This document shows, piece by piece, positions 47,123 through 56,156 of a stretch of 64,000 nucleotides of DNA. Within the stretch, counting starts at the first letter, position 1. Every line of letters begins with the position of its first letter. The position numbers were made by a program, and so were the translations under genes. Source of the DNA: Promethearchaeota archaeon (lineage in GTDB: Archaea > Asgardarchaeota > Heimdallarchaeia > Hodarchaeales > Hodarchaeaceae); NCBI GenBank assembly GCA_048938105.1, contig JBHLMN010000012.1, forward strand, positions 132,876 through 196,875, given 5' to 3'. The notes under the pieces were generated by a model. That model had not been told where the DNA came from. It saw nothing but the letters and a program-made list of their open reading frames with translations, and did no database searches.

Positions 47123-47737
47123 TTGAAAAAACTTCACCGAATAAAAAGAGGAAATTTGATATCAATGAAACACCAATGTATTTGTCCTCATTGTGGAAGG
47201 AGACATTCTTATCATGAGTCTATTCCTAAGAATCAGAAGAACAATCGGATTGCGTTATTCATTGATGGAGGGAATTTATATCACGCAGCTAAACTCCTCG
47301 GATTTAAAGTCGATTTTTTACGGTTAAAAACTTATTTTGTTTCTAAGGAAATGAATTTATTCCAGGCATTCTATTATTCTGCTTATGATCCCTCTGAAGG
47401 GTTTATTATGAAGATCCTCGATTGGTTGAGGTATAATGGATTCACAGTTGTAACCAAAGAAGTAAAAAAAATAACCCATTCTTATATAAAGGGGAATATG
47501 GATGTAGAACTTGTTGTTGATATGTTGCTTAATTTAGACAGATATGATATCGCTGTCCTGTTTTCTGGAGATGGTGATTTTACTCGATGTGTTTCAGAAC
47601 TCCAAAAAAATAGTAAACATATCTGGGTGGTAAGTACGGAAAAATCTGATCCTCCATTGTTAGCTCATGAATTGAGAGTCCAAGCTGACACTTTTATTGA
47701 ATTAGCTGATATAATTCCCCATATAAGTCAGAATTAA
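47123..47737 (+). CDS. NYN-domain (LabA/DUF88-like, PIN-fold) protein with an N-terminal zinc ribbon
   Basis: CICPHCG ribbon. IALFIDGGNLYHAAK, GNMDVELVVDML and AVLFSGDGDF are the acidic NYN motifs. Confidence 0.65.
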   Translation: MKKLHRIKRGNLISMKHQCICPHCGRRHSYHESIPKNQKNNRIALFIDGGNLYHAAKLLGFKVDFLRLKTYFVSKEMNLFQAFYYSAYDPSEGFIMKILDWLRYNGFTVVTKEVKKITHSYIKGNMDVELVVDMLLNLDRYDIAVLFSGDGDFTRCVSELQKNSKHIWVVSTEKSDPPLLAHELRVQADTFIELADIIPHISQN

Positions 47738-47900
47738 CTTGTTTTTCTGTTCTATGCACTAATTGGCCATTTTTCCCAATATAAATAAACGACAGATGAC
47801 TCTTATGTCTTAATCGTCTCTTGAAAATTGAATCAATCTAAGTACTAATAATGGAAATCATAAGCGAACTTTGATATTAACCGTTAGAAAGTGATTAGAA

Positions 47901-48473
47901 ATGAATTTAAAGACCTTTGCTATTGAAACTTTTGAGATTGCAGAATGGAATGTTTTAAAATCTATATTCCGATTGAAATCCAAAGATTTTGAGGTGCAAA
48001 TAAAACCATATTTTAATCCTATTAGGTGGATTATTGGGCACCTTACAATGCACATGGACACCATTTTCAACCACTTATGTCTTGGAGAAAGAAAGCTCAG
48101 TCAAGAATTCCGAGATTATTTCAATTTGGGTCCAGAAAGAGAGAAAGAGAAAGAGTTCCCTATTTCTTACAGGGAGTTAATTGATACATTTCTTGAATTT
48201 TCTCAAATAAGTTTGAACTATCTTTATAATTTGCCAGAAGAAAAATTCACCGATTTACCAGAAAAAAATGATGAAAAAAATACTGAAACTGTATGTGAGT
48301 TAATTCAAAGGATTTCTTTACATTTTTTAGGACATACTGGACAAATTTATATGATTAAAAGGGAACTAGGTAAGGGAGGGTATTTTGTTACAGGTGTAAA
48401 GAAGGACAATCGGGATACAAGTAGGATTAAGTGGATAAAGTGGTGGAATGCAAATAAAGATAATTATCAGTAG
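47901..48473 (+). CDS. DinB-like (four-helix bundle, His-triad) family protein
   Basis: IIGHLTMHMD near the N-terminus and ISLHFLGHTGQI near the C-terminus. Confidence 0.45.
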   Translation: MNLKTFAIETFEIAEWNVLKSIFRLKSKDFEVQIKPYFNPIRWIIGHLTMHMDTIFNHLCLGERKLSQEFRDYFNLGPEREKEKEFPISYRELIDTFLEFSQISLNYLYNLPEEKFTDLPEKNDEKNTETVCELIQRISLHFLGHTGQIYMIKRELGKGGYFVTGVKKDNRDTSRIKWIKWWNANKDNYQ

Positions 48474-48487
48474 TTTTCAGAAGGTTA

Positions 48488-49303
48488 CTAAAGTTTCTTT
48501 CCCACAAAGAGCCCATAACCCATATATTTCGGAAGTTCTTTTGGAGCAGATTTCACTTCCTTTACAAATTCACGATATCTTTTAGATCTAAGAGCCGAGA
48601 TTAGAGATCGAGTTATGTTTCTAAAAAAGTGTCGCCACCCATAGCGTTTGATATGTTCCCAAAATTCACTCCTAGTTTTGATGGAATGAGTCTGTTTGAT
48701 TAAAATTTCAAGATTAGCATTGTTTAGAAGGGTAATCCAATCATTGGTTATCATTATTTCACCCCTGAACCATTGACTTTTTACCAAAGTATCCATTATT
48801 TCCTTGGGGGGTGATTCGCCTAATAATAATGATTCGTTTAACCCTATATAGCCACCTGTTTTTGTAACACGCACAAATTCGTTTATAGCTTTTTGTTTAT
48901 TCTCAACGAAGGAAAGAACAGATTCAGTCATTACAATATCAAATAAATTGTCTTCAAAAGGCAGATCAACTGCATCAGCAACTTTTAATTTGACAAAATC
49001 CATTACTTTTTTTTGTGCTACTCGCTTCGTTGCCTGTTGAATCATTCGTTCTGATATGTCTATACCTGTTATCTGAACCTTGTATTTTTTAGCAATATGA
49101 CTAGCAGTTGCCCCAACACCACAACCCACATCGAGAATTTTTGAATTATCAGTTATGTGACACATTTCCAGCAGTTCATCAGTAGATTTGATACCTCCCA
49201 TGTGTTTGGAAACATCAAAAAAGGCCTGCATCTCAAATAGCGGAAATTCTAAGTTAAATATTTCATCTAACTCAGATTTCTTAATGCCTTTTTCTTCAAT
49301 CAT
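48488..49303 (-). CDS. Class I SAM-dependent methyltransferase (UbiE/CFA-synthase-like)
   Basis: Motif I ILDVGCGVGATASHIA, GIDISERM, FDIVMTESVLSF. Confidence 0.7.
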   Translation of the reverse strand: MIEEKGIKKSELDEIFNLEFPLFEMQAFFDVSKHMGGIKSTDELLEMCHITDNSKILDVGCGVGATASHIAKKYKVQITGIDISERMIQQATKRVAQKKVMDFVKLKVADAVDLPFEDNLFDIVMTESVLSFVENKQKAINEFVRVTKTGGYIGLNESLLLGESPPKEIMDTLVKSQWFRGEIMITNDWITLLNNANLEILIKQTHSIKTRSEFWEHIKRYGWRHFFRNITRSLISALRSKRYREFVKEVKSAPKELPKYMGYGLFVGKKL

Positions 49304-49461
49304 GGCTTTCTGGCTTCCTACATAAGTTTAGTCTTATTAATTCAAATAATGTTCACATATGAAACCAATGGGTTTTAACAGTATTTGAACCTTTCTCCCT
49401 CAAACTAAGCCAGAAGATTCTGAGAATCCTGATAAATAATCGGTTTTTTTAGATCCATATT

Positions 49462-49890
49462 TTAAATAAGTTCTTCTGCTCGAATTGTTGATCTTAAAAT
49501 ATCCAACAGAGTTTTATCATAGGTTCCTGTTAATAAAAATGCTTGGAATATTCCTAGTAGTAGATGGCCCAAGATATCACTCCAAGGCAGGAACGGGGTA
49601 ATGATTAATACCCATATAATTCCGAATAGTAATCCAATCTTTACAAAAAGCTCTTTACTAAGAATAAGCACAGCTACAATAAATTCAAATACGACAATCA
49701 GGAAGACAATTAATTTTTCATTTGGGATGACAATTTGTACAAGAAATTCCTTATAAATAGAAAGATGAACATTTTCAAGGCATACAGTCCATAAATATTG
49801 AGTATTGTGAATTGTATGGAAAAGATTGGCAAAACATGAAATTAAGTAAAATATTCCTAAACCTATTCTGCCTGTATTATGTGCGATCAT
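49462..49890 (-). CDS. Small 4-TM membrane protein (DoxX-like?)
   Basis: 142 aa with four hydrophobic helices. The family assignment is weak. Confidence 0.35.
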   Translation of the reverse strand: MIAHNTGRIGLGIFYLISCFANLFHTIHNTQYLWTVCLENVHLSIYKEFLVQIVIPNEKLIVFLIVVFEFIVAVLILSKELFVKIGLLFGIIWVLIITPFLPWSDILGHLLLGIFQAFLLTGTYDKTLLDILRSTIRAEELI

Positions 49891-50343
49891 TTCAGACTCA
49901 TTTATACAGTAATGGTTTTAAGGAAATTAGACTCTAGATATTCTGCATTCCAAATATTTATTAAACTCAACAAGTATAAATAATTACCGTCTACGTTGTA
50001 AACAATTTTAAAGATAAAATAATTAGTTTCTAGATCTGTAATATTCATTGATATCTTTAGGATCAAATTACTTAAATTTTTACCCTTCGTTTCCAGTTTT
50101 AATCGTATGCAATATTTTCTTTGTATACTTTGATTATTTGTTTTGAACGATTATTATGGTAACCGGATAATTTTGTATTGTCTCCTTAAGATGATGTCTC
50201 TATTCTTCTTAACTCAAGAAAACTGTTAAGAGCTTATGATCTACTGAAATAGGTGACCCTTATGATAAAAGATTATCTAGTAACATATTAAGGAATGGTT
50301 TACTGGCGGTCGTATTTTTAGATGTCTTTTAGTTTTTTGAGGT

Positions 50344-51033
50344 TTATTTTTGATAAATACAGTTTTCTGCATCGTGTAATGAAAATGTTATTTTATTTGC
50401 GATTTCTTTTATAATACCATATGATAAGGATTGATTGTGTCCTTCTACATTGAAACACCCTAATGATGCAACTTTACTCTCTTTTATTATGCAGGGAAGA
50501 TGTATGTGGCCAGTTATTAACCAATGTTGGACGGAGAACTTATAAATCTTCTTAAGACTTATAATAAAATCTGGAACCTCTGATTTATCAAGCCAATAAG
50601 GATTGTTCCCATCATGAGTAAACCAAACCTTCTCTTGGTTGGCTTCATATAGTAAGAAAGAATCAGAATAAATATGAAAATTATTTTTTGACCAGTCCTT
50701 GATTTGATTTTCAATTAATTCTTTATCATGATTTCCCCCAATCATAAAAATCTCTTTATCCAATTCACTAAAAAAGCTCATTATTTGAAAAACAAATTGG
50801 TTGTTCTGTTGGCCGTAATGAAATAAATCGCCTAATATCAAGATTTGGTCAGGTTTGACCTTTGTGATCAATCTTTGTAAACAAGCCATCGTTGGTGCTA
50901 TAGATTCGATACTAAAGTAGCTTTGATTACTATCTGAAAAATGCTGATCACTAATCAACAGGGCATTTAAGGGCTTTGATAGAATAATTTGTTCAATTGT
51001 TCCATCTGTGTTGATTAAATCCATACATTTCAA
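50344..51033 (-). CDS. Calcineurin-like metallophosphoesterase
   Basis: LLISDQHF (DxH), ILGDLFH (GD), MIGGNHD (GNHD), ITGHIH (GH). Confidence 0.7.
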   Translation of the reverse strand: MKCMDLINTDGTIEQIILSKPLNALLISDQHFSDSNQSYFSIESIAPTMACLQRLITKVKPDQILILGDLFHYGQQNNQFVFQIMSFFSELDKEIFMIGGNHDKELIENQIKDWSKNNFHIYSDSFLLYEANQEKVWFTHDGNNPYWLDKSEVPDFIISLKKIYKFSVQHWLITGHIHLPCIIKESKVASLGCFNVEGHNQSLSYGIIKEIANKITFSLHDAENCIYQK

Positions 51034-51735
51034 TTGTATTTATTATGTTATAATCCTTTTCTGATACCCGTGTTTAAATCCAGCTATCGTTATATTCCAC
51101 TAAAGGAGAATCTAAAGGCATAGAAGACTATAAAAAGGTCAGAGTAAGACGTCTGAAGCCTAAATTGGGGAAATTCAAGCCTGATTCAAGAATTGACTTT
51201 TCTGGAGTATAATTCTATATTGATTTTTGTTAATAGTGTAGATCTTAGGAAAAACCTTTAGTTATTGTAACACTTTTTCGGATAATCTATTCAGAGTTTC
51301 TTAAGAATGAAAATACCTAACATCTATTTGACAAGAGTATTACAGATGTTTTGGATAATAAAAGACGTGAATAATCATGGTACTAGAAGAAGAAGGTCAA
51401 GTGTCTCTTGAAAGAAGGAGAAAAGTTCGAGAAACACTAGAATTTTTAAAATATGATGGACAACTAGTACTAGAACCCCAGTGGTATTCAAAGACATCTA
51501 ATGATAAGAGTAAACGGTTCAAAGATAAGCTCTGAGAAATATCAACTAATAAAATCCTTTTCTCCATAAATAACTGAGACTGACTCTCTTTTGTATATTT
51601 CAAATGCGGGGTATCTATGCCTCTCAATTATTATAGTATCTGTTGGAAATTTATTCTAAGAAAAATACAGAATTAAATTCATGTTCATTCATAAATTTAT
51701 TAAGAAAAAGTCTTGATTTGAGAATAATCTCTTTA

Positions 51736-52458
51736 TTAGCTTATAGGAAAAGCTTCGAGCAGGATCGGTTTTACAACTGAACTTAAAATCATATAACCTT
51801 TCTCATTTAGGTGAATTCCATCCCATTTAAAGACATCAGTTCGGGGATTCTTGTTCTGATCTAATAGAGCTGGAACAACATCAATGTAGTCGAGTCTTTC
51901 ATCTTGTGTACAGAATTCCTGTATCAGTTCGTTAGCCTTCTGCATCTCTGGCCAGAACTTCTTTCGCCTCTTGGGAGGTTTGATGGAAATGAAGAAGATT
52001 GGAACATCAGGTTGAGATGTATGAATCTTCTCACAAAAAATTCGGAAAGAATTCAGTACTTCTTCTGGTGATTTTTTCTTGGAAAAAACTAACCCAGTGA
52101 TATCATTCTCACCAGCATAAAAGACTATACCTTGGGGTCTGTAATGTAATACGACACGATCAGCATAATGGATTACATCAGGAATTCTTGAACCTCCAAA
52201 ACCTCGGCCAATGACGGGAAGAGGCGCCATGTCTTCCTTGAGTGTCTTCCAGTAAACTATACTGGAACTACCAGTGAATACAATTGTTCTTTGGGTTGGT
52301 GGGCTTAAACGGTCTTGTTTTTCAAACTTACGAATACTTTTTTCCCAAATAGTTGGGTCTTCCTTGCTTATTCGTACGATATATCTCAAAACATAGATTA
52401 AGGCTGTAATTATACAAAATGTGAGAGCTATAATAAAAAAGATTAAGAAAACATCCAT
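51736..52458 (-). CDS. SGNH/GDSL-type hydrolase with an N-terminal membrane anchor
   Basis: Block I FTGSSSIVYW, block II GFGGSRI, block III YAGENDI, block V DGIHLN. Confidence 0.65.
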   Translation of the reverse strand: MDVFLIFFIIALTFCIITALIYVLRYIVRISKEDPTIWEKSIRKFEKQDRLSPPTQRTIVFTGSSSIVYWKTLKEDMAPLPVIGRGFGGSRIPDVIHYADRVVLHYRPQGIVFYAGENDITGLVFSKKKSPEEVLNSFRIFCEKIHTSQPDVPIFFISIKPPKRRKKFWPEMQKANELIQEFCTQDERLDYIDVVPALLDQNKNPRTDVFKWDGIHLNEKGYMILSSVVKPILLEAFPIS

Positions 52459-52813
52459 AGAAATTCAACCATATTTGGGAATAGGCTTGTATTATAAGTT
52501 TTTCTGCTTCTAAAAGCTTAGAATGAAAAGAATTTTATTATTTCTGCCAATAATTCATTAGAATTATCTGGAAAAGCGTGTTCTAAGCCAGAAATTTTAT
52601 AAAACTTTTAACTAACATTTCCTTGCTTTAAAAGGGTTGATAATTCCTTTATTTTGTCATAATCCAGATCCTCTATCCCTGCTAGTATGTAACATTTAAT
52701 CCTCTCCTTTATAGCTCTCTCAAAATTCTTAGAAATAACATCAGGTTGGATAAGAGGAGAATTAACAGCAATTTATCCGTTTAAGGGGAACTTGGGCTTT
52801 CAATGAAAAGCTA

Positions 52814-53437
52814 TTATTGCACCTGTTTAATCACTGATTGACTCGCTACAGCTTGGATCTTCTGACTTGTTTTCTGCGAGATCATATTCCGCTTTTCTGC
52901 ATATTTCATGATGGTCTCCCCGAGAAGTGAGAATGCATCATTAATTTTCACCCCTGTTTTAGCGGATGTTTCGATATAATGGCAGGCGAACCCTTCGCGT
53001 GAGGTCATCTTGGTGAGTTTTTCAGAGAATAGTCTCCCTTGTTCAGCACTTATTGTTTCTGTTTTAGACCCACGCATATCAATCTTGTTTGCTACTATGA
53101 CAATGGGCAATTTATCCCGACCATTATTCGCCCACAGTTCTTTAACCCATTTAGGGACGTTGAAATATGAGTCTGGTCTTGTTACATCAAAAACAAGAAG
53201 TGCTCCCAACGCTCCTCTATAATAAACCCCTCTTACCCCGTCAAAACGTTCCTGTCCAGCTAAGTCCCATATCTGATATCTAATAGGTGTACCATATATG
53301 ACATCATCCTTTGTGGCAAAATCTGCGCCAATTGTCAACACATATTGGGAATCAAAGCCTTTTCCGAGGTATCGTTCACGAATAGCCGTCTTTCCAACAC
53401 CGCCATCACCAATTAATACGACCTTAAGAACGATCAC
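52814..53437 (-). CDS. Ras-superfamily small GTPase, Rab/Ras-like (paralog B)
   Basis: GDGGVGKT, TIGADF, WDLAGQERF, NKID, ETSAK. GTG start. By my manual alignment about 70 percent identical to paralog A over the first 120 residues. No C-terminal Cys. Confidence 0.85.
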   Translation of the reverse strand: MIVLKVVLIGDGGVGKTAIRERYLGKGFDSQYVLTIGADFATKDDVIYGTPIRYQIWDLAGQERFDGVRGVYYRGALGALLVFDVTRPDSYFNVPKWVKELWANNGRDKLPIVIVANKIDMRGSKTETISAEQGRLFSEKLTKMTSREGFACHYIETSAKTGVKINDAFSLLGETIMKYAEKRNMISQKTSQKIQAVASQSVIKQVQ

Positions 53438-53625
53438 AATAAGTCTCTCTTTCTAGATTACTCTTATTTATTCACCCTCCTAAAATAAATGATAACTTTT
53501 TCTGAATAATTTATCCGGATATTTGCCCACTAATCAGATTTTTCCTTCGAAAATCAGAAAACTAAAAGTATTCATAATTATTATTCTCCTGCTTCCAGAT
53601 AAAGGGAGATAAAGGGTTTAATAAG

Positions 53626-53636
53626 AATTTGTCGGG
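53626..53636 (-). promoter_or_regulatory. CCGACAA box upstream of small GTPase B
   Basis: The minus strand reads aaacccgacaaattcttatt, about 190 nt upstream of the GTG start. Confidence 0.3.
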
Positions 53637-53755
53637 TTTATTTCTAAAAATAGAAGAATTATACTAAAAAACGCGACAAAAACTGTCACTACAACAACAT
53701 TGATTTGTGATTCTTAGGATTCTACTGAGAGAGAAAAGAAGAATGGGGAAAATGA

Positions 53756-53953
53756 TTATCTTAAGATATTAATGCCTCTTTTCTTTAATTCTTCAAGAAA
53801 TGGTATCATTGATTCAGAAAGCGGATTTCCCGTTAAATCTATATTTTTAAGATTGGGAATCTCTTTTAAATTGCGGGGGAGGGTCATCAATTGATTATTG
53901 CTTACATTTAAGTATACAAGATGAGATGCTTCAATAATCTCTTCTGGAGAACT
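53756..53953 (-). pseudogene. Leucine-rich-repeat (LRR) gene remnant (C-terminal fragment only)
   Basis: My own translation gives SSPEEIIEASHLVYLNVSNNQLMTLPRNLKEIPNLKNIDLTGNPLSESMIPFLEELKKRGINILR*. It is bounded upstream by a TGA, has no start codon, and contains two clear LxxLxLxxNxL-type repeats. Confidence 0.5.
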
Positions 53954-54051
53954 TCAAATTTAGAATTGGTAATTACGTTAAATAATCTCATTGCCTTCTT
54001 AATATCCCCTAAATGTTATTTTTTTTTGAAGACAATCAGTTCTTGTTTCAA

Positions 54052-54115
54052 TGAATTGATTTGAAGGATGTTCTAGATAGTGGGGAAGGAACCACTAAGT
54101 AAAATCTAGTATTTT
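54052..54115 (-). repeat. Copy A of a roughly 60-nt repeated segment lying just after a gene stop codon
   Basis: The minus strand reads ...gtggttccttccccactatctagaacatccttcaaatcaattca. The 30-nt core is 24/30 identical to copy B (56157-56216). Confidence 0.45.
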
Positions 54116-54182
54116 CCAATCATCTAATGACCAAAAATAGGATAATTGAAATAAATGTGGAAGACACTCTCTTACCTTAGTA

Positions 54183-54602
54183 TTACTTTAACCAAGAATA
54201 TAGCATCATTTTTTCTAGTAATGAATCATTTCCAATTCCCAATAAAGGAAGCAATTCAGGTTTGATTTGAAATAGTATATCTGTTAAAGGTGTCGTATCA
54301 GGGATGTTTAACATGTCTCTGACTGCTGTTATTTCAACCAATAGCTCATTTAATTGACCATAATCGCGTGTCGAAAGGTTAAACGCTATTCGAATTTCTT
54401 CTAGCTGTTTAAAAATCCGAATTAAGTCATCTATTGGAGTTTGATGAGATAATCCTAGCTCTACCTTCATCTGTTTTAAAGAACACCAAACTTCATCAAC
54501 TGCATGATCAAATAAGCGGTCATCAAGTTTTAGTACAATCCTAAGCTTTTTCAACTCTTCCAATTTTCTTAATTCGTTTGATAATAAATTATTTAGGAAC
54601 AT
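54183..54602 (-). CDS. Hypothetical alpha-helical protein
   Basis: 139 aa, Leu/Glu-rich and predicted helical. No family recognised. Confidence 0.4.
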   Translation of the reverse strand: MFLNNLLSNELRKLEELKKLRIVLKLDDRLFDHAVDEVWCSLKQMKVELGLSHQTPIDDLIRIFKQLEEIRIAFNLSTRDYGQLNELLVEITAVRDMLNIPDTTPLTDILFQIKPELLPLLGIGNDSLLEKMMLYSWLK

Positions 54603-54998
54603 TCTTATCCAACCATCTCTTTTTTATTCCTAACCAGACAATTATACATATTTTGATTTCATTATTCTTTTCAAGACAAATTATGTCTCTGATTAGGAAA
54701 GACTCAATCATAATAGATATAGTAATAACATATTCAGAAGTGACAGTTTTCAATAAACAATGTCAGAAATTACTAAAGCAATAACCTGGTAAGACTTCAG
54801 AAAAAGGAATTTAGCTTGTTTTTATAGATAAGAAAGGAGAAAAATAAATTATTTTGTTTCACTAATGAAACGAGTTCAAGAATTTTCATAATTCCGTATT
54901 TAGGGAATATAGAGGAGAGTATCAAATATAAAATGCTTGGAAAGAACCCTATAAGGAATTCTAGCGTATAATGAATCCTCAATCCTAAAGATTAAAGA

Positions 54999-55694
54999 TC
55001 ATAGCTTAACCTTTTTTAGATCTTTAAAGGTGTCCTTGTGAATTGATTCAAGCTTCTGATTAGTTTTTAATAGGATTTTCAAGCTTTTTTCAATTTTTTC
55101 AAGTTTTTTCCCAATTTCTTTGAAGTTATTTTCAAATTTTTTCGCTTGAGAGTCATATTGCTCTTGTTTAGACCTTATCTCTTTGAACTGAGAGTCAGAC
55201 TGGTTAAATTGTTTGCTAATATCATCAATAGAAATAGTTGCTTCCGATAGATCTTTAGAATCAGCTATAAATGATTCAGATGGAGTTGGAGGGGGAACTT
55301 GATTTATCTTCTGCTCGACGTTGAAAATAGGAGTTTGAGGTGATTTTTCAATAGGGGTAGGTGTGGGAGGTAATGATTCTGAAATTGTTGGAGGTGGTGT
55401 TTTTTGAGGAGGCGAAATTGGAGGAGAAGGAGGGGGAGGAGGAACATGAGAGGTAGGTACTGGAACAGTATTTGGTTCAGTCGTAGAAGACAGATAAGGT
55501 GGGATATTCGATGGTTCTGATATTGGTGTTGGTGGTGGAGGTTCTTCAAAAGATTCTTGAAGATCTAAAGGGATTATTGGTTTTATTTCATTTGGTTCTC
55601 GATCTGTAAGTGCTTTAGCAGCCCCACAATGAGGGCATGGGAAGTTCATCACATAATTCCTGCATTTTTTACAAACGGGACTCATATGAGTCAT
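54999..55694 (-). CDS. Zinc-ribbon / polyproline-rich / coiled-coil protein
   Basis: CKKCRNYVMNFPCPHCG ribbon, then a roughly 95-aa Pro-rich tract (EEPPPPTP, HVPPPPPSPPISPPQKTPPPT, VPPPTP), then a Lys/Glu-rich heptad-like C-terminus. Confidence 0.6.
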   Translation of the reverse strand: MTHMSPVCKKCRNYVMNFPCPHCGAAKALTDREPNEIKPIIPLDLQESFEEPPPPTPISEPSNIPPYLSSTTEPNTVPVPTSHVPPPPPSPPISPPQKTPPPTISESLPPTPTPIEKSPQTPIFNVEQKINQVPPPTPSESFIADSKDLSEATISIDDISKQFNQSDSQFKEIRSKQEQYDSQAKKFENNFKEIGKKLEKIEKSLKILLKTNQKLESIHKDTFKDLKKVKL

Positions 55695-55812
55695 TTCCTT
55701 TTCTAATATTTTTAATTCAATTCTAGTTACTTATCTTTTAATACTACATTCTTATTATTCAATTGTTTAACTGAAATAAAATGGAGGTATGGAGTCACAC
55801 TGAGTCGTTTAG

Positions 55813-55824
55813 AGATTTTGTCGG
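55813..55824 (-). promoter_or_regulatory. CCGACAA-ATCT box upstream of the polyproline protein gene
   Basis: The minus strand reads aaatccgacaaaatctctaaac, about 120 nt upstream of the ATG at 55694. Confidence 0.3.
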
Positions 55825-56156
55825 ATTTATCAGCATTAATCCTTTTGTTTTTATTTTAGCGACTCTTTTGATGTAAATTACTCTGTTTTAGTTATTTAAA
55901 TATTTCACATGTCTCTAGGATAATGAAAAACTAATTATTCTACCTGAGGAGGAAATGACTCATAACCTCTCGAATGGTAATAATATTCATCAACATGATT
56001 GTAAACTATACTTTGATAGATTTTGAAAGAATAATATTAAGAGATCAACGAAAGTGGAGTAGATGATGACCAAAACTTTGAAATAGCTTGATAACCATCA
56101 TTAAGATAGGAGTAATAGGGTTTTAACCTTTTGAACATGTAAACGATAGCCTTTAT

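Noticed and set aside
51397-51627. 76-aa minus-strand ORF in the 51.0-51.7 kb gap.
   Set aside because: It has Ser/Leu-rich composition, no motif and no plausible upstream signals. A small plus-strand ORF on the opposite strand looks more protein-like, and neither is well supported.
52608-52772. 54-codon open frame just downstream of GTPase B on the minus strand (…LIQPDVISKNFERAIKERIKCYILAGIEDLDYDKIKELSTLLKQGNVS).
   Set aside because: The translation looks protein-like, but the frame has no ATG/GTG/TTG start after the upstream stop and I recognise no family. It could be a gene remnant, and there is not enough evidence to call a feature.
46388-53437. The small GTPases as prenylated CaaX substrates for the neighbouring CPBP/ICMT genes.
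   Set aside because: Both proteins end without any Cys (…LLTLYS and …VIKQVQ), so the classic Rce1/ICMT substrate signal is absent.
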